A stretch of 45,898 bases of DNA from Pseudovirgaria hyperparasitica (taxonomy: Eukaryota). Each line of letters opens with the position of its first letter. The first letter of the stretch is position 1. The position numbers and the translations under genes are program-made. The stretch lies in NCBI GenBank assembly GCA_010093815.1, contig ML996603.1. One strand, 5' to 3'. The notes beneath the pieces are model-generated. The model searched no databases, had not been told where the DNA came from, and saw nothing but the letters and a program-made list of their open reading frames with translations. Positions 1-12,427 of the stretch are shown piece by piece.

Positions 1-285
1 GAGACTCTAGGTATACGGGTTGGGAACACAAGGCGAGAGCCTTAAGGAGCCTAGATCAGCAGTACAATTAGTAGAACTGCTATGTTACACAGGCGTGACA
101 GGCCAATGTAAATAGTAGTTGGAGAAGCAACGGGAGGATGCTGGGACAGCTGGTCTTGTCGTTCGCGATAGGGCGACGTGGGGCGGGACGGATCAATCAA
201 ATGATCCGGAACGCGTCGGCTGTTTGACAGGTCCTCTCTGCCGGGCATAGCTGCGGAGTAATCGCGGCTGAAACCGTGTAGGAAT

Positions 286-306
286 TAACTAACTAACTAA
301 CTAACC
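286..306. repeat. (TAAC)n microsatellite
   Basis: taactaactaactaactaac run seen directly. Confidence 0.8.
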
Positions 307-735
307 TTCCACCTGGTCTCTTCCGGCATCACCTACTTATGAAAACTAACTTTTGCTCGCTAATTGGCTTTGACTTCAAGCCAGATTTCCAACGAGTACA
401 CTTTTTCTCAAAGTCCGCAATGGAACCGTGTTTGATGTGTGCAGGTAGTGGTCAGAAATCAGGATTTGGTTGTGGGGTATGCCAGGGCTCCGGCCAGCAA
501 TAACGGCGTCGTGTGTGAGTGTCCTTTGGTGAGATAAAGAGCGAACCTGATTGGATTCCTAGGCATAGAAATGTTTTCGTCCTGGGCTATCGCCCTGGGG
601 CAATGCCGCTGTGACAGCTTCAGCCTGCTTGTCACATTAGTATTAATAACAGACTCCAGACCGGGGAAGCGGGCCGATCTGTGTGCATCGTCTGTTTCTG
701 CATATAAGAGTTCGACTTGCTTCATACACTTTCAT

Positions 736-1275
736 ATGGTCTTTCGCGCCGAACCCATCATGCAACAAAACCTGCCGACTACATCGTCGAGTTGTACGCC
801 ATTCGCCACAGCTCATCCGATTTCACCGCCGTTGATTACTGCCACGCGTGGAACCTACACTTGTTATATTGACTACGAGGGAAAACTTCATGCAATTACA
901 TGGCGAGGGGAATCTCAATTCCCAGATATTGTTGAAGACTTTTCACGGGCATGGAAACCTTTGGCCTCAATCATTCCTCAATTTTGCTCGAATGCATGTG
1001 TTCGACAAGAATTTACGAGCCCAAATACCGTTCTCATTCTTAGAAATGTGAGGTCTCGTGCTAAGGGAATCAGATTTGAGTGGGTGTAGCGACTTCATCA
1101 GTATCCTAGTGGTTTTGGGCTGACCATCAAGCAACGCTATGACCAAATCTTAATCACTGGACCATTTTCGGACTTCGGTGAACGAGCTATGCGCTTCCGC
1201 CCACGATGTTCTGGACGTTTTCAGCGCACGTTCTACTGCTGTCAAAGGTCGACGAATTTGTCGAACGAGGTGTAA
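736..1275 (+). CDS. Hypothetical protein, probably 2 exons (about 736-1047, 1132-1275)
   Basis: In-frame ATG at 736 within ORF 571-1089; GTGAGG donor at 1048; CTGAC branch then AAG acceptor at 1131; no recognisable domain. Confidence 0.3.
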
Positions 1276-1514
1276 CACGCGAGCTCTTAGAAGTGCCCTT
1301 GTGTCCCCAAGCATGCGAACGCTATTTTAGACGGTAAATGCTTTTTTGCTATTTTTGTAACCGCGTCAGAGATGTCGGATCAGTCACCACTCAGGTCGGG
1401 AGAGGTTGCTGAGTGGGTGCGTGAATCCAACAATCGATCAGCCAGACTGGCAGCTCCTTAGGCTGACAGACCTTCCATCTTAAGGACGTTCGGAATCATC
1501 AACGAAATGTGCTT

Positions 1515-1567
1515 GCTCTCCTGACCTCGCTCTCCTGACCTCGCACTCCTGACTTCGCACTACTGAC
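1515..1567. repeat. 14-bp minisatellite (GCTCTCCTGACCTC) x about 4, degenerate
   Basis: Direct tandem units seen in the sequence. Confidence 0.8.
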
Positions 1568-2309
1568 AACGACAGGTATAAAGATTCCGCACTCCTGCCC
1601 CTACCAAATTCAAGAGCGCGCCGTTTGTCATCAGCCAGTCAAATACGTGACCGAGCAAGAATCTAGCCGCGCACTAACCCTATCTCTTCACCTTGCCTCT
1701 TTCGCAAGCCCCCGATACCCACAATATAGAATACTACGGTGCATCTTTAACGAAGCAGTGCTATCTAAATGCAAGATCGACGAACTCGGGGTTGTGAAGC
1801 TTCGTACTCTTGGGCGCATAGATACCCTCGCACGATGCGCACATGACATAGGCTAAGCCACTCACGTAGCCCTGAGGCGTTGGCCTTTCGCTTTTCGAAA
1901 CCGGAGGATGAATATTATCAGAGGCCATCGACAGATCCTCGAAGCCCTGCAATGCCTATTTGACCAGGTGCTCGCGCTCAGATTCGTCTGATCCACGGCT
2001 GCTGGCGTTAAGGACGGCAAGACTGACAGGATGTAGCCTCCATTTCCAGGTTGATCTCTTGAGCGTGGGTATATTCTTCCTCCATCCGCAAGTACACTAA
2101 ATACACACTATCGAAGTGTTCCTAGTTGAAGCTGATGGGTAGCTTCTGGTGTAGCTCAGCAATGCCAAGGTGAATCCAGTGCGCCCCAGTCTGTACTTTG
2201 ATTGTGAAGAATTTTGAGTCCTTGTTAGGTTCTAGGAAACCTATTCTGCCCTGATCTGCCCTGATCTGCCCCATGCAAGATACACACTTAGGTATAGGGC
2301 CGGGCTGTC

Positions 2310-3170
2310 CGTTTTTGTGAGACCACAGTGTAGATGATGAGCCCAGGTTACCCGCACTAAGATTGCTCCGCCATTCGGTGGCATAAGTTAGATGTATCAT
2401 GCATTGGGGATGCCTACTATTGGTAGATTGAAGGTTGGACGGCGCAGAAGTGCCTGGTATCGACGGTCTCGGAGGATCTACAAGCCGTGGCAGTAATTTA
2501 GGCATGGTTGGCACCGGCGTAGAAGTTCAGAACAAGGGGCCATCTTCCGAAGATACCCATGGCCATTGGCGTGGAAAAGCCTTTCTCTCTGACATCTAGC
2601 CTGGAATCGAACTTCAACGTAAACATGAGCAGCTCCCAGGAAACTATCGAGGATGATTCACTCTACCAAGTAACATACCCACGACTTTGATGTCCAGGAG
2701 TCTGACGTTTTATTAGGATATAATAGGTGTGTGTAATCGAAAAGACGAAAAGAGTCTTGAAGGCGCGGCACAAAATGAAGAACCAGGCACCGACCAGGAA
2801 GCTAAGCCGCAGACGGCTTCATTAACACGAGCGTTCCCCGAAAATAACGATGCTCTCTTTAACAACGAAACTCTCATAGGTGCGTTCAACTACGATGGCA
2901 CAGCCAGCTTAACTCATAAGCCTAGGCGCCATTGAGAGACTGGCCGGTGCTGTACTGGTCCTGTCTGGTAAACATGATCTGATCTTGGAAAAGGTCGAGA
3001 AGTTGGAATCAATGATTGACATGCTGTCCCATCAAGTTGTATCTAAGTTGGCGGATAGGGAACCGAGCGAGAGTGATGCTGAGGTTACTAAAGAGGTTCG
3101 CTGTCGCAAATGCAGGAGCGAGACTCCCGACAGTATTGCTGGAGCAAACAAAAGGGCAAGGCACGTATAG
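2310..3170 (+). pseudogene. RIP-inactivated hypothetical gene; introns 2670-2716 and 2880-2925
   Basis: Splicing joins ORFs 2729-2935 and 2985-3170 in frame with MSSSQETIEDDSLYQ. The same frame upstream contains only TAG/TAA stops, consistent with CAR->TAR changes. Confidence 0.45.
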
Positions 3171-3319
3171 AATGGACGTCTCGACCAGTATATTCATGGT
3201 GGTCTCTCGAGAATTATACAATGCATACCGATATTGCCGAGTCTTCGCAGATAGGATTTCCAAGTGTCATCACGGCGAGGTCATTGTGATCGATTGAATG
3301 TAGAAATATAGTGCAGATG

Positions 3320-4408
3320 TCATGCTACGCCTAGAGCCCTCACAGCGTTACGCTTCTCTTGATCGAACTCCGGGCTGCTGCTATTGGCGCATGTCATTTT
3401 CTTGATAAGTAATCTCTTCCTCTTTCGATTCGGAGACAATTCTCCAAGTGGCAGCCTAGGAGCGGGAAAACGTGCCCGCTCGAAGTCTATGATAACAGCC
3501 TGTCGTCCAGCCGCGTTCCATAGAATATTTCGCGGTATGAGGTCACGATGAAGTACTTCAAGATCATGGATGGAGGAGACCGCCCGCTCGACTTGTTTAT
3601 GGATCTCGGCTGAGTGATTTGAGAGGATCTCCCTCGAGACCTTTACGCCACCGAAGCTCCTGAACATCATGTGCGTCAGCTCTGCGATGCCGTAGTATAG
3701 TAGTACGGGTGCGTGCGTGAGATCAATGTTCCCGAGGTGCACCGGCACAAACTCCCCTTGAATTGAATTCAGGCAATCCTAGACCGCAGCCTCATGTCTG
3801 AGACAGGAAACGAAATCAGCCGGTGTGCCCTTGGCTGCAACAGTATAACCATGTGAAGTGAGGCAGACACGGAACAAGACACCGCGAGACCCGTGGATAC
3901 GCAGGCAATCCACGTCATGGTCCAGATCCATCGAAAGCTGCTTGTGCATAAGACGAAGAAAAGCTGATCGGTCGATCCGATGACTGTGCCTTCCATGTGC
4001 CTTGACATTGGGACATTTGTGATCCAGAGGCCCACGCCTGAGAAGGCCTTGCAGACACTTGTGGGTGCAGTACTGCCTGTTCTTGCCTTGGTCTGACTCA
4101 TTAGTACGTCGCGTTCTTGAAGTGATCCTGAAGGATTGGGTTTGATTCGCTCGTCGTGACGCAAGCCGTCTTGTATTTCGCTCCTGAGGCTGTGGTGTCA
4201 CATCCCTGATAAATGATCTCCCATTCTGACTCGTCATGTTTTCACGGTATGCATACAAGCCACTCGACAACCCGGGACCCTCAAAGGAAACAAGGTCGGG
4301 AGGCAGCCGCGAACCCGAGGACTTGCTTTGATCTCGTATACCATGGTCGGTAATTAGCCCGCCAGAGCAATGCATGAATGAAGCTGCCCGTGCCGCTTTG
4401 TCGCACAC
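3320..4408 (-). pseudogene. Fungal protein-kinase-like gene with an in-frame nonsense codon, 5' part replaced
   Basis: Motifs RQYCTHKCLQGL..LDHKCPN, HGSRGVLF..GYTVAAKG, LRHEAAV*, HRDLIPRNILW, IIDFERA. ORFs 3779-4408 and 3320-3748 share a frame and are separated by one TAG at 3779-3781. Confidence 0.8.
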
Positions 4409-4752
4409 CAGCCGCCCGTATACTGCGTCACCCTGTCAGGGGTGGTGGAGGAAGACCATTGGCCAATAATGCACCTATCTATCATTGTGCCCTCTTGTAA
4501 TTCAACCCCATGTGTTATGAGGATGAATCATTGATGGTACTGGCTCCCCTCAATGCTTGTGGCTACTGAGTATGTGTGTCCGAGAGAGAAGGCAAGCGGC
4601 GAGTCCCATTACGGCAGACACGTTCTGGTGAATGATCGCATTGGGAAAGAAACAGTTAGATGCACTTAAAGTGCTGGTCCGGCAAGGAGTGCCCTGGGCC
4701 GGGGTGAGGCCGCTCTTGGCACCACACTGTTGCTAAGAGCGGCTTTACCCTG
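4224..4752. repeat. Dispersed repeat with an inverted copy at 22823-23290
   Basis: Reverse-complement match with two short indels; visible in the near-identical translations (SRLPPDLVSFEGPG / SRLPSDLVSFEGPG). Confidence 0.9.
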
Positions 4753-4939
4753 TTTGTGACTAGCCCACTACTGTAAATGCATAGACTAGAGAGCATACCC
4801 ATGTCACGGCTACGTACGTCTGAGAATCACAGTGGACTCGCCCAATGCCCATTGTAGTCGAATTTACCCCTAGTCGAGTGTCTGTGCATCTTGTTCACGC
4901 CCACTTTGAAATCCTGTTCGTAGTTTAGAAGGTTCCGCA

Positions 4940-5042
4940 TCAATAAGTGTGAGCTGGGTCGAGGAAAATGTTCGTGCTAGGGTTATGGTACGGGTGCATA
5001 CCCACATCACGCGAAGTCTTGCATGTAAAGGTAATACCGGCG
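4940..5042. repeat. Dispersed repeat with a direct copy at 12288-12390
   Basis: tcaataagtgtgagctgggtcgaggaaaatg...gtaata present at both sites. Confidence 0.9.
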
Positions 5043-5768
5043 CGTACATCAAACTCGCCGACCTCTGCTCCCAGTCGTTTAGCATCATCCTCTACAGCCA
5101 TGGCTTCTACAATGCTTGCTTGTGAATCACGATAAGGGACAGGGGTACTCATGGAGCTATGTGCGGAGTCGGCACACCACCCGGGTCTGAGGTGCCTGTG
5201 ACCGGTGAGGGTGATGCCCGCACTACTTCGTGTCTCTTTCATGATAACTCCGTAAAAAGTGACACAATAAATCGTGAGTGTGACCTTTATAAGCAGCTGC
5301 ATTGTGGCCTGCAAAGTTGCTAGGGTTGTCATGGCCAGCCACCAGTGAAGATACATCCCGATCAATTAGAACTCTTCTCGGACCCTGACCCACCAGTCGC
5401 TTGCACACTGTACAACAACAAATGGATGTGGATCCATACACGGAAGACCTGTGCCGCTTCCGAGCCCGAACACATACGGCTGAGCAGAACGAGCATGTAT
5501 GCAGAGAACGATCGATCAAGAGGGCGTCTGTCTGACCGGTCGCAGCAAGCCACACATGAATCCTTGATACACAACCCCTTCTGAGCACTCACCCCTTGTC
5601 ACAAGTCGATTTGATCCTGCTTATTCGACTGGGTTCTTATTGCCACTTTTCTACGGTCCCTGTCGCTCCCTTTGTATAAATGTCTCTAATGTAGCGACGG
5701 GAGTTTCGAGAGCTTCCGCTTAGACCATATGTGCCTCTGCCTTACACTTTCACTAGAACGGGAATATC

Positions 5769-6300
5769 ATGGCTATCAAGAAATTACCAACTACACAGTG
5801 CGCTGCCGCTGGACAATCACACGATCCTCAGGCACGAGGGATTCCTCCTAGAAATGTATCCCCAGTGCTTGAGGAGTATGAAGACCCTGTCATGACGCCT
5901 CTGAGCGATAGCCTTGACGATAGCATGCTCGATCTAGAGCTAGCTCCGCCTCGAAGGATAATTTCGTTACAGACCGGAAAGCACCTGTCTGTTGGCCCTG
6001 CATGATTCAGACAGATGAAGTAGGAGCAGTCCACTCTTCTAGAGCCATAGCAGTGAGACATTGTCGGCATCCCAAATGTTGGACCTGGTTCTTCATCCAC
6101 AGATACGGCTGGATACTGGCGGTCTCCCTGGACGCATGAAACTAACTTGCCGTCTTCCGTTCCAGGCGAGAACGAGGATCTACTGCTACAGGAGCTTGCT
6201 GGCAGACCCATATCCCTAGAAGGATGCGCATCATTAACAGAGTCAAAGCATCTCAGCGATGCTGAGAGGCTGCCCTGCGACAAGGTTTTACGCTACGAAC
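5769..6300 (+). pseudogene. Possible degenerate hypothetical gene
   Basis: The frame of ORF 5769-6005 continues through TGA/TAG stops (all explicable as C->T) into VGIPNVGPGSS...LLLQELAGRP. Confidence 0.25.
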
Positions 6301-7273
6301 TGTAAGACGCTTCTCTGCGCCACGATTTGCTTTGTTTGTAGTAACCACGCCTTGAGGGAGGTAGAGAGTTCTTTCTTCATCGAGATGATTCGAGCTGCGA
6401 ATCCACACGCAGCAGAACAGCTTGTTGGACGAGTTACACTACGTCGCGATATTATTAGTACACATCAAGCCAATATTAGTGTACTTACTAAGGCTACGGC
6501 TAGAGCATTATCAAGGATACATGTCTCTTTTGATGGCTGGACGACACGTCAACAGAGATTCGCACTTATGGGTTACTGTGTCCATTTTATAGGCGCAGAA
6601 GGTGAGTAAAAAGTCCAGTATGGAGTTGAGTCTATCCATGAAGGGTAGATGCCAAGGAATAAGATGCTGACAAATATTACTATATTAGGCGAATTTCACG
6701 ACTTCCTCCTCGATATACCTGAGATAATAGGTGCCCATACAGGCTCAAATTACGCCGAACTCACTCTCTCTACGCTTAATTAATATAACCTCAATTTAAA
6801 GAACCTCGGCTACTTCGTCCTCGATTTTGCGTCAAACAACGATACCGCTATAGAGTATATCTGTGAGGAACTCCAGATAGGAGCCCGCGATGTGGACGAT
6901 TGACACCCAAATCTTCGTATTCGGTGCTTCTATCACATCATCAACCCCGTCGCAAAGAGTATCCTATTTAGGAAGGATAAGCTCGCCTATAAAGACGCAC
7001 TAGATTCTAAAGATGAGGATATATTGATTGATGAATGGCGTAGATTTGGGCCTCTTGGTACCTACGCCAGGTACGTCACCCGTACTTATTCTATTACTTA
7101 CGTTTACTCTTATAGACCCTCATTTTAAGCCACTAGATGTTATCACACCTGTGAAGACACGATGGAATAGCCACATATCCGCGATCGAACGAGCAATCAA
7201 GCTTAGAGAAGCCCTCCACAAGTTTTCTCAATACAACGTGAGAGAGCTAAGGAGATATACTAGCACCATATAA
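6300..7273 (+). mobile_element. hAT-superfamily transposase relic (intron about 6602-6688), RIP-mutated and truncated
   Basis: IHVSFDGWT (catalytic D), GYCVHF, GAHTGSNYA, YFVLDFASNNDT, RIRCFYHIIN (CxxH), KTRWNS; in-frame TAA/TGA stops. Confidence 0.85.
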
Positions 7274-7877
7274 GAGTATACTACGCCATTTTTGATCTTA
7301 GGTCCTAGATGGAAGTAGTTTATCCATGGCTTCCCATAGACCGTATTAGGGCGATTAGCCTGCTTCCGAATATAGTGCTTATTCCATATTCGTACGAATA
7401 GATCGATCTCTCTTCGAAGAACCGGTATATAGATAGTAGAGAGTGTAACCATATCAGGGATAAACTTTGGAGTCAGGAGCCGCTCCCTCTATAGTCTTAA
7501 AAAGTATCTCTATATAAAGTTAGTCTAATCGTACGATACAATTCCACGAATCCAACGGTATAGCCCCATTTCTCTTCGAAGGTTATCGTACGACCTTCTC
7601 TTTCTAGAACCATCACAAGCTCTGCATCAGATAGATCCCCCTCAAATATCAATTATTCAATTCGGCGGCCAAGAGTCTCTCGTACAATTGAACCACCATC
7701 CATTTGAGTTCGAACTCCCCATTGCTTAAGCCTCTTTTCTAAGGTTCTTATAGCTATGCGGATAGAGAACTCAGTCTATAACCAGCTACATATTTCTTTG
7801 ACTGGGACACGTGCTACCCTTTTAGCTTTAATCTCGGCTTAAAGGTGATCGATGTTCGTACGAGGTTGGCCAGACAT
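7270..7877 (-). mobile_element. Relic of a Clr5-like HTH plus integrase-core-type transposase gene, internally deleted
   Basis: From ATG 7877: MSGQPRTNIDHL*AEI..ICSWLYTEFSIRIAIRTLEKRLKQWGV. C-terminal IYIPVLRREIDLFVRIWNKHYIRKQANRPN..GKP resembles the WNxHxIR tail of fungal integrase-core proteins; TAA stops present. Confidence 0.55.
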
Positions 7878-8382
7878 TTTATGGATAAAGAAGTATAGGG
7901 AAGTTTAGAGGAGTACTCTAATCTAAACCTCAACTCAACTATATAGATCCTCATTCTGTGTGCACGCGTCGCGCAGTTTGATTTGGGCGGAGTCGCTACT
8001 AACAGACTGCCCTAAGACATGGCACTTGGAAACAGGGGTATAATGCAGCCATAACTGGCCTCACTTCATTTCTTTCTTCTTCGATGACACAGCAGCAGCC
8101 GGGCTTTCGTCCTCGTCCTCTTCGTCCTTATCAACGTTTATCAAAGGGGCCTGCGCCGCCTCTGGCACTTTCGCAGCGTCCTTGCTCCCGTTGGCAGTAT
8201 CAGCGCCCACATCTGCAGCCTCGCCCTCATGGCCATGGTGGCGTCCATGGCACCACCGCTCTGGTGCAGCTCAGGGTTGCTCCAGAGGTATATCTAATTA
8301 ATTATTATATCTACTTTTTAAAGCTCTTAAATACTTAGAATAGCCGTAAAAGTAGAAAGAGCTCTAGGTATATATTATCTAT

Positions 8383-8424
8383 ATAGTACCGTTGAAGTGC
8401 ATAGGAGGTTACAACTCCGAAGTG
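8383..8424 (+). repeat. TIR-like sequence with an inverted partner at 17562-17627
   Basis: ATAGTACCGTTGAAGTG and GGAGGTTACAACTCCGAA match the reverse complements of 17611-17627 and 17563-17580. Confidence 0.8.
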
Positions 8425-9458
8425 CGTGGGACGGGTAAACCTTGCACACACAAACCTCCGGTTCCATTCTTGGCGGCCCTAGCGGTGACTTACATAGTAC
8501 GTATCATACGGAGCATTCCTCGGTATTCACAGACGTAACGGATTAAGAGTCGATGAAGCCATCGCCTGTAGCGTGCGAGACGGCGTCATTTTGTGAGGCG
8601 GACACGTCGGGGACGGGCTGTGCACAGGTTGTTCTTTCGTCGGGTCGTTTGACAGGAGCCCGCGGAAACTGTGCTAGAAACAAGGTAAGAGGCAATCACT
8701 TCTGATATATTGGGGTCGGACGCTAATCTCTCCGAATTCTGCCTTGGGAGCAACTAGGCTGACACGGCCCCAGGCTTCGCCTTTTTGTTTCTAGCATGTC
8801 ACGTCCTGCACCCAGCCTCCTTGACTAGCCTCACTTTTCCCGACGTTGCCCTGACGAACATAACAGGCAAGCGCAAGGCAACCAGCAGGCCAACGACCAC
8901 CGCACCAGGTACCTAGGTACCACCATCCAGGCTTAATCCCGAGAATGCCGATTCCAGGAAGCAGGCTGTGGCTGTGGGTACGCGACTTGCGCCTACCTTT
9001 ATTTAGAGACTTGGGGGTAACTGATTGCCAAGCGAGTGAGTCATGACGGCCTCGAGAATAGGGACGCGTCGGCCTCACTCGGGGAAGGAAGAGGCTGGTA
9101 CGGCGCACGTGGCGGGTCAGGGTCTCAGTAGGAAACCAGATCAACCGCATTAGGGTGCTGTCTGCCTGCCGGCACGGGGATCAAACCCACCATTGTCTGT
9201 TGTTTATGTTGCTGCAAGGCGCAGCCAGTATTGAAAAGGCGGGCCCACGGTGCTAGGCATAGCGTGAAAGCCTGACGCCCCATGTCTACAAACTCGGACC
9301 AATCTCTCTGAAAATATTTAAGAATCCCTTCTTTCCCCCCGGTGGACGCCGACCACGCTGCCCTCTCTTCTCACGAACCCATCGCTCTGTCATTTCATCG
9401 AGCCCATCCCGCACCACTCTCCTCGGGCTTTCTTCCTGGCTCTTACCATTCTTTCAAA

Positions 9459-11117
9459 ATGGGCCAACTACTCTCCTGCTTCAGAGGGCATGGGACAGCG
9501 GACAAGAACAAACAAGAGAATGATGACTCCCAACGCGACCGAATCGAGAAGATTGGGGTGAAACAACAACCGGTGCATACTTATGATGAATTCGATCCGA
9601 AAGCCAAGACGACAAATGGCCATGAGCCAGGTGTGCAAAGAGCTACCACTTGGGATATTTCCACGTACGACCCGCCGCCGTACACCCCGACGCCAAACAC
9701 TACTTCGAATCAGCCAAACACCGAGTGGGATGCGCTTCCACTTCCAGTACAAAGGATGCTCTCGCTCTGGCGCCAAGCCGATAGATTGACGTTTCATGGT
9801 CACAGCGGCGCATGGGAAGCCTACATCCATCGACATCAGCATATATGGATCGACTCTGCACACATGCTTGACCCACTCACCCAGAAGGCCATTCTTCTTT
9901 ACGCTGCGATGCCACTGCAGATCGGGAAGGCGAGGAAATGCAACATGACATTTTTCTTCACAACCTACCCCAACGTCGACAGCCCCGAACTTGACGCCAA
10001 ATCTCGCAGCACTCTCCTCGCTCTTCTAGAAGTCTTCAACTGCAGCTCCTTCCGGGCCGCCAAAGACGCCATAAAAGTGCAGAAGCTCCACCTGGAAAAC
10101 GAAAAGATGCAGGAATTTGTTGACGACGAGGGCAAGAAAAATTTTGAGGAGGGCGACGATGCAGAACAGAAACTGGTCAAGCTCTTGAGATACACCCGTC
10201 AACAAATGAGCAAGTACTGGTACGGATGGGAGCTAGAAGAACTCGATTTCGACATATTCAAACAGCTGTACAAGATTGCAATTGCGGAGTCCGAGAAACA
10301 ACCGAAGCTGCGCAACAATAATGTACACACTTATCGAAGAGAGATCGGCAACTACAGGAGACTGATGAATAAGCCGGAGGATTCCTACGATATTACGTGC
10401 ACCTTCCTGTTGGCTACTCCATTGACCCCCAAAGAGGTTGAGGTTATCCAGAAATTACAAGATGCGGGTGCAGAGCTCGTAAAGCAAAGACAAGCACAAA
10501 AGGAAAAAGATGCAAAAGCAGCAAAAGAATCCAGACTTTTGCGACCATTTGTCAAGAGAGCAACCAACGATAATCTTGACTCATCGAAAGCTGAGGAGCC
10601 GGAGGAGTCCATTGCTCAAGAGCTGGAAAAGCAGGGCCACCCGTTCTGCATTGAAGCCATCGTCTTTGACGATTTCCTTGGGGAACAAGCAAAGAACTGC
10701 TACAGACAAGTCGACAATTCCCTCAGTGGCACGCGATGGGACATCAATGACGCCACCTTTGGTTCGCAGACTTCCTTTGTCCGTTTCCTCTTTCACGAGA
10801 GTTGGATCTTCAAGACCACGACTTCCCATGACCCTCGAGTCGACGACTGGCCCGAACTACGGCGCACACAGAAATACAACGACCTCCCAATGGTGGATGA
10901 TGATAACACGCCAATCCAGGTGCCCAGCATCAAGCTCGTCCGCAAATATGTGTTTGACATTGTCGATGACGCCCCCAAAGACGGCCGCAGCAACGCACAA
11001 ATCCTCGCGGATCTCCGCCGTAAGGCAGGTATTCAACCCGTTGAGGTGGTTAAGGAACAGCCAATACCTCAACCGACGAGCGTCAGTGCTGGGACGGACG
11101 AGGAAGATCGCCGTTGA
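9459..11117 (+). CDS. Intronless 552-aa hypothetical protein; predicted N-myristoylated/palmitoylated, possibly a degenerate vWA-like domain
   Basis: Long clean ORF; ATG in AAAATGG context; N-terminus MGQLLSC; PPPY motif; HIWIDSAHM...IEAIVFDD...QVDNSL..WDINDAT. Confidence 0.75.
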   Translation: MGQLLSCFRGHGTADKNKQENDDSQRDRIEKIGVKQQPVHTYDEFDPKAKTTNGHEPGVQRATTWDISTYDPPPYTPTPNTTSNQPNTEWDALPLPVQRMLSLWRQADRLTFHGHSGAWEAYIHRHQHIWIDSAHMLDPLTQKAILLYAAMPLQIGKARKCNMTFFFTTYPNVDSPELDAKSRSTLLALLEVFNCSSFRAAKDAIKVQKLHLENEKMQEFVDDEGKKNFEEGDDAEQKLVKLLRYTRQQMSKYWYGWELEELDFDIFKQLYKIAIAESEKQPKLRNNNVHTYRREIGNYRRLMNKPEDSYDITCTFLLATPLTPKEVEVIQKLQDAGAELVKQRQAQKEKDAKAAKESRLLRPFVKRATNDNLDSSKAEEPEESIAQELEKQGHPFCIEAIVFDDFLGEQAKNCYRQVDNSLSGTRWDINDATFGSQTSFVRFLFHESWIFKTTTSHDPRVDDWPELRRTQKYNDLPMVDDDNTPIQVPSIKLVRKYVFDIVDDAPKDGRSNAQILADLRRKAGIQPVEVVKEQPIPQPTSVSAGTDEEDRR

Positions 11118-12394
11118 AGGGGACACCAAGCGCTCGACGTATGTCAATGGCTCGGTAGCCGCCAAATCTAACGGTGATGATGACCTGTTGAGTGGGTTTT
11201 GAGGCAGCTGCACCATATGGAGGTGGCGAAGTGGCGATGGACGGCCGATGAGTTCGTGGGCGGAGGGAGAAGAAGCGGTAATCAACTTTACATGTCTGTT
11301 TCCTTTGTCCCGTTTTTCCTTTTCAGATGGTGGTTGTACAGGCACCGTTGTCCGTTACAGATTGGCGTCGGGATTTGCAGGTGTCTGGGGCGTGGGTGCG
11401 CCATGTACAAGTCCTTTCCGGTGGCTTCGTCCAGTATGTCATGCTCTGCGTGGGTGTGTGTTGCGATTTAAGCCTTCCTCATGTTTACGCGACCGGTGTG
11501 CCGGGCAATCAGGCCCTGTCCACGCGACTGTTTCCTGCTTCTGAAAAATTTTTCATTGCCTCCGTCTTATGAATTCGGCGTGTGTTCGCGAATGTCTCTC
11601 TGACGGTCCCAGTTGCCTGTGACTTATTCTGTGCATCGTGATGACGATTGCTTGCCTTGGCAGGACGTTGCCTCCGGGACGCAGCCGGTTGGTCCTCAAG
11701 GCGCGTAGGTCGCGCCAAGGGCGTCTCACGAAGAGCCCGCGTGCTTCCGGTCCCATCCCTCCGGGCCAAGGGCATAAGCCACACTTGATACCCACATTGG
11801 CTAGGCCCGAGCCGCCGCACAGCACACGATTTAGAGGGAGAGCGCCATGATTCGCCCGGATTGGTCTGGCTTGGGTCCGGTTGCCTGGAGCACCCGTAGG
11901 AACCCTGCAGTGGTCCGGGTAGTGCCTAATAGGGAATTTCGCTACTTCAACGGGTAGTGGACCATGGTCCTGTTCAAACAACATGGCGACGTTCACAGGG
12001 GGAAGATGGGAAAGAAAGGTTCACGGCAAAAGTCACAAACTATTGCGTCTGATCATTCCATCTCTACATGGAGCGGTGACTGCGTTTGAAATGTATCTAA
12101 GCGATGCTACCCTCTTCGTCTCTGTCTCTTTAATTCCCATATGATCTGAACCAGCTGCTCGGTAAAAGTCTTCAAAGCATCAAAAGCAACCCTACATTCT
12201 CGGGGTGTCCGTGTAATGAGCTCCATATACAGGTGGTTGTAGTCTTCTTCGACCCGTTCCTGCGAACGTTTTTTCTTCGTCGTCTTGTCAATAAGTGTGA
12301 GCTGGGTCGAGGAAAATGTTCGTGTTAGGGTTATGGTACGGGTGCATACCCACATCACGCGAAGTCTTGCATGTAAAGGTAATAACGGCGAAAG

Positions 12395-12427
12395 CCGCTC
12401 TTGGCAACATATTGTTGCCAAGAGCGG
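12395..12427. repeat. Perfect palindrome CCGCTCTTGGCAACA-TAT-TGTTGCCAAGAGCGG; related copies at 4709-4743, 22832-22866, 45674-45702
   Basis: 15-bp stem and 3-nt spacer read directly. Confidence 0.95.

Noticed and set aside
286..306. Telomere repeat
   Set aside because: The unit is TAAC, not TAACCC
8798..8865. TGTCAC...ATAACA mini solo LTR
   Set aside because: Only about 68 bp, no TSD and no second copy
9342..9458. GTG start for the 591-aa ORF
   Set aside because: Eukaryotic gene; ATG 9459 has good context and yields the MG myristoylation N-terminus
9468..11996. Many overlapping ORFs on both strands
   Set aside because: Shadow ORFs of GC-rich coding and UTR sequence, with no motifs
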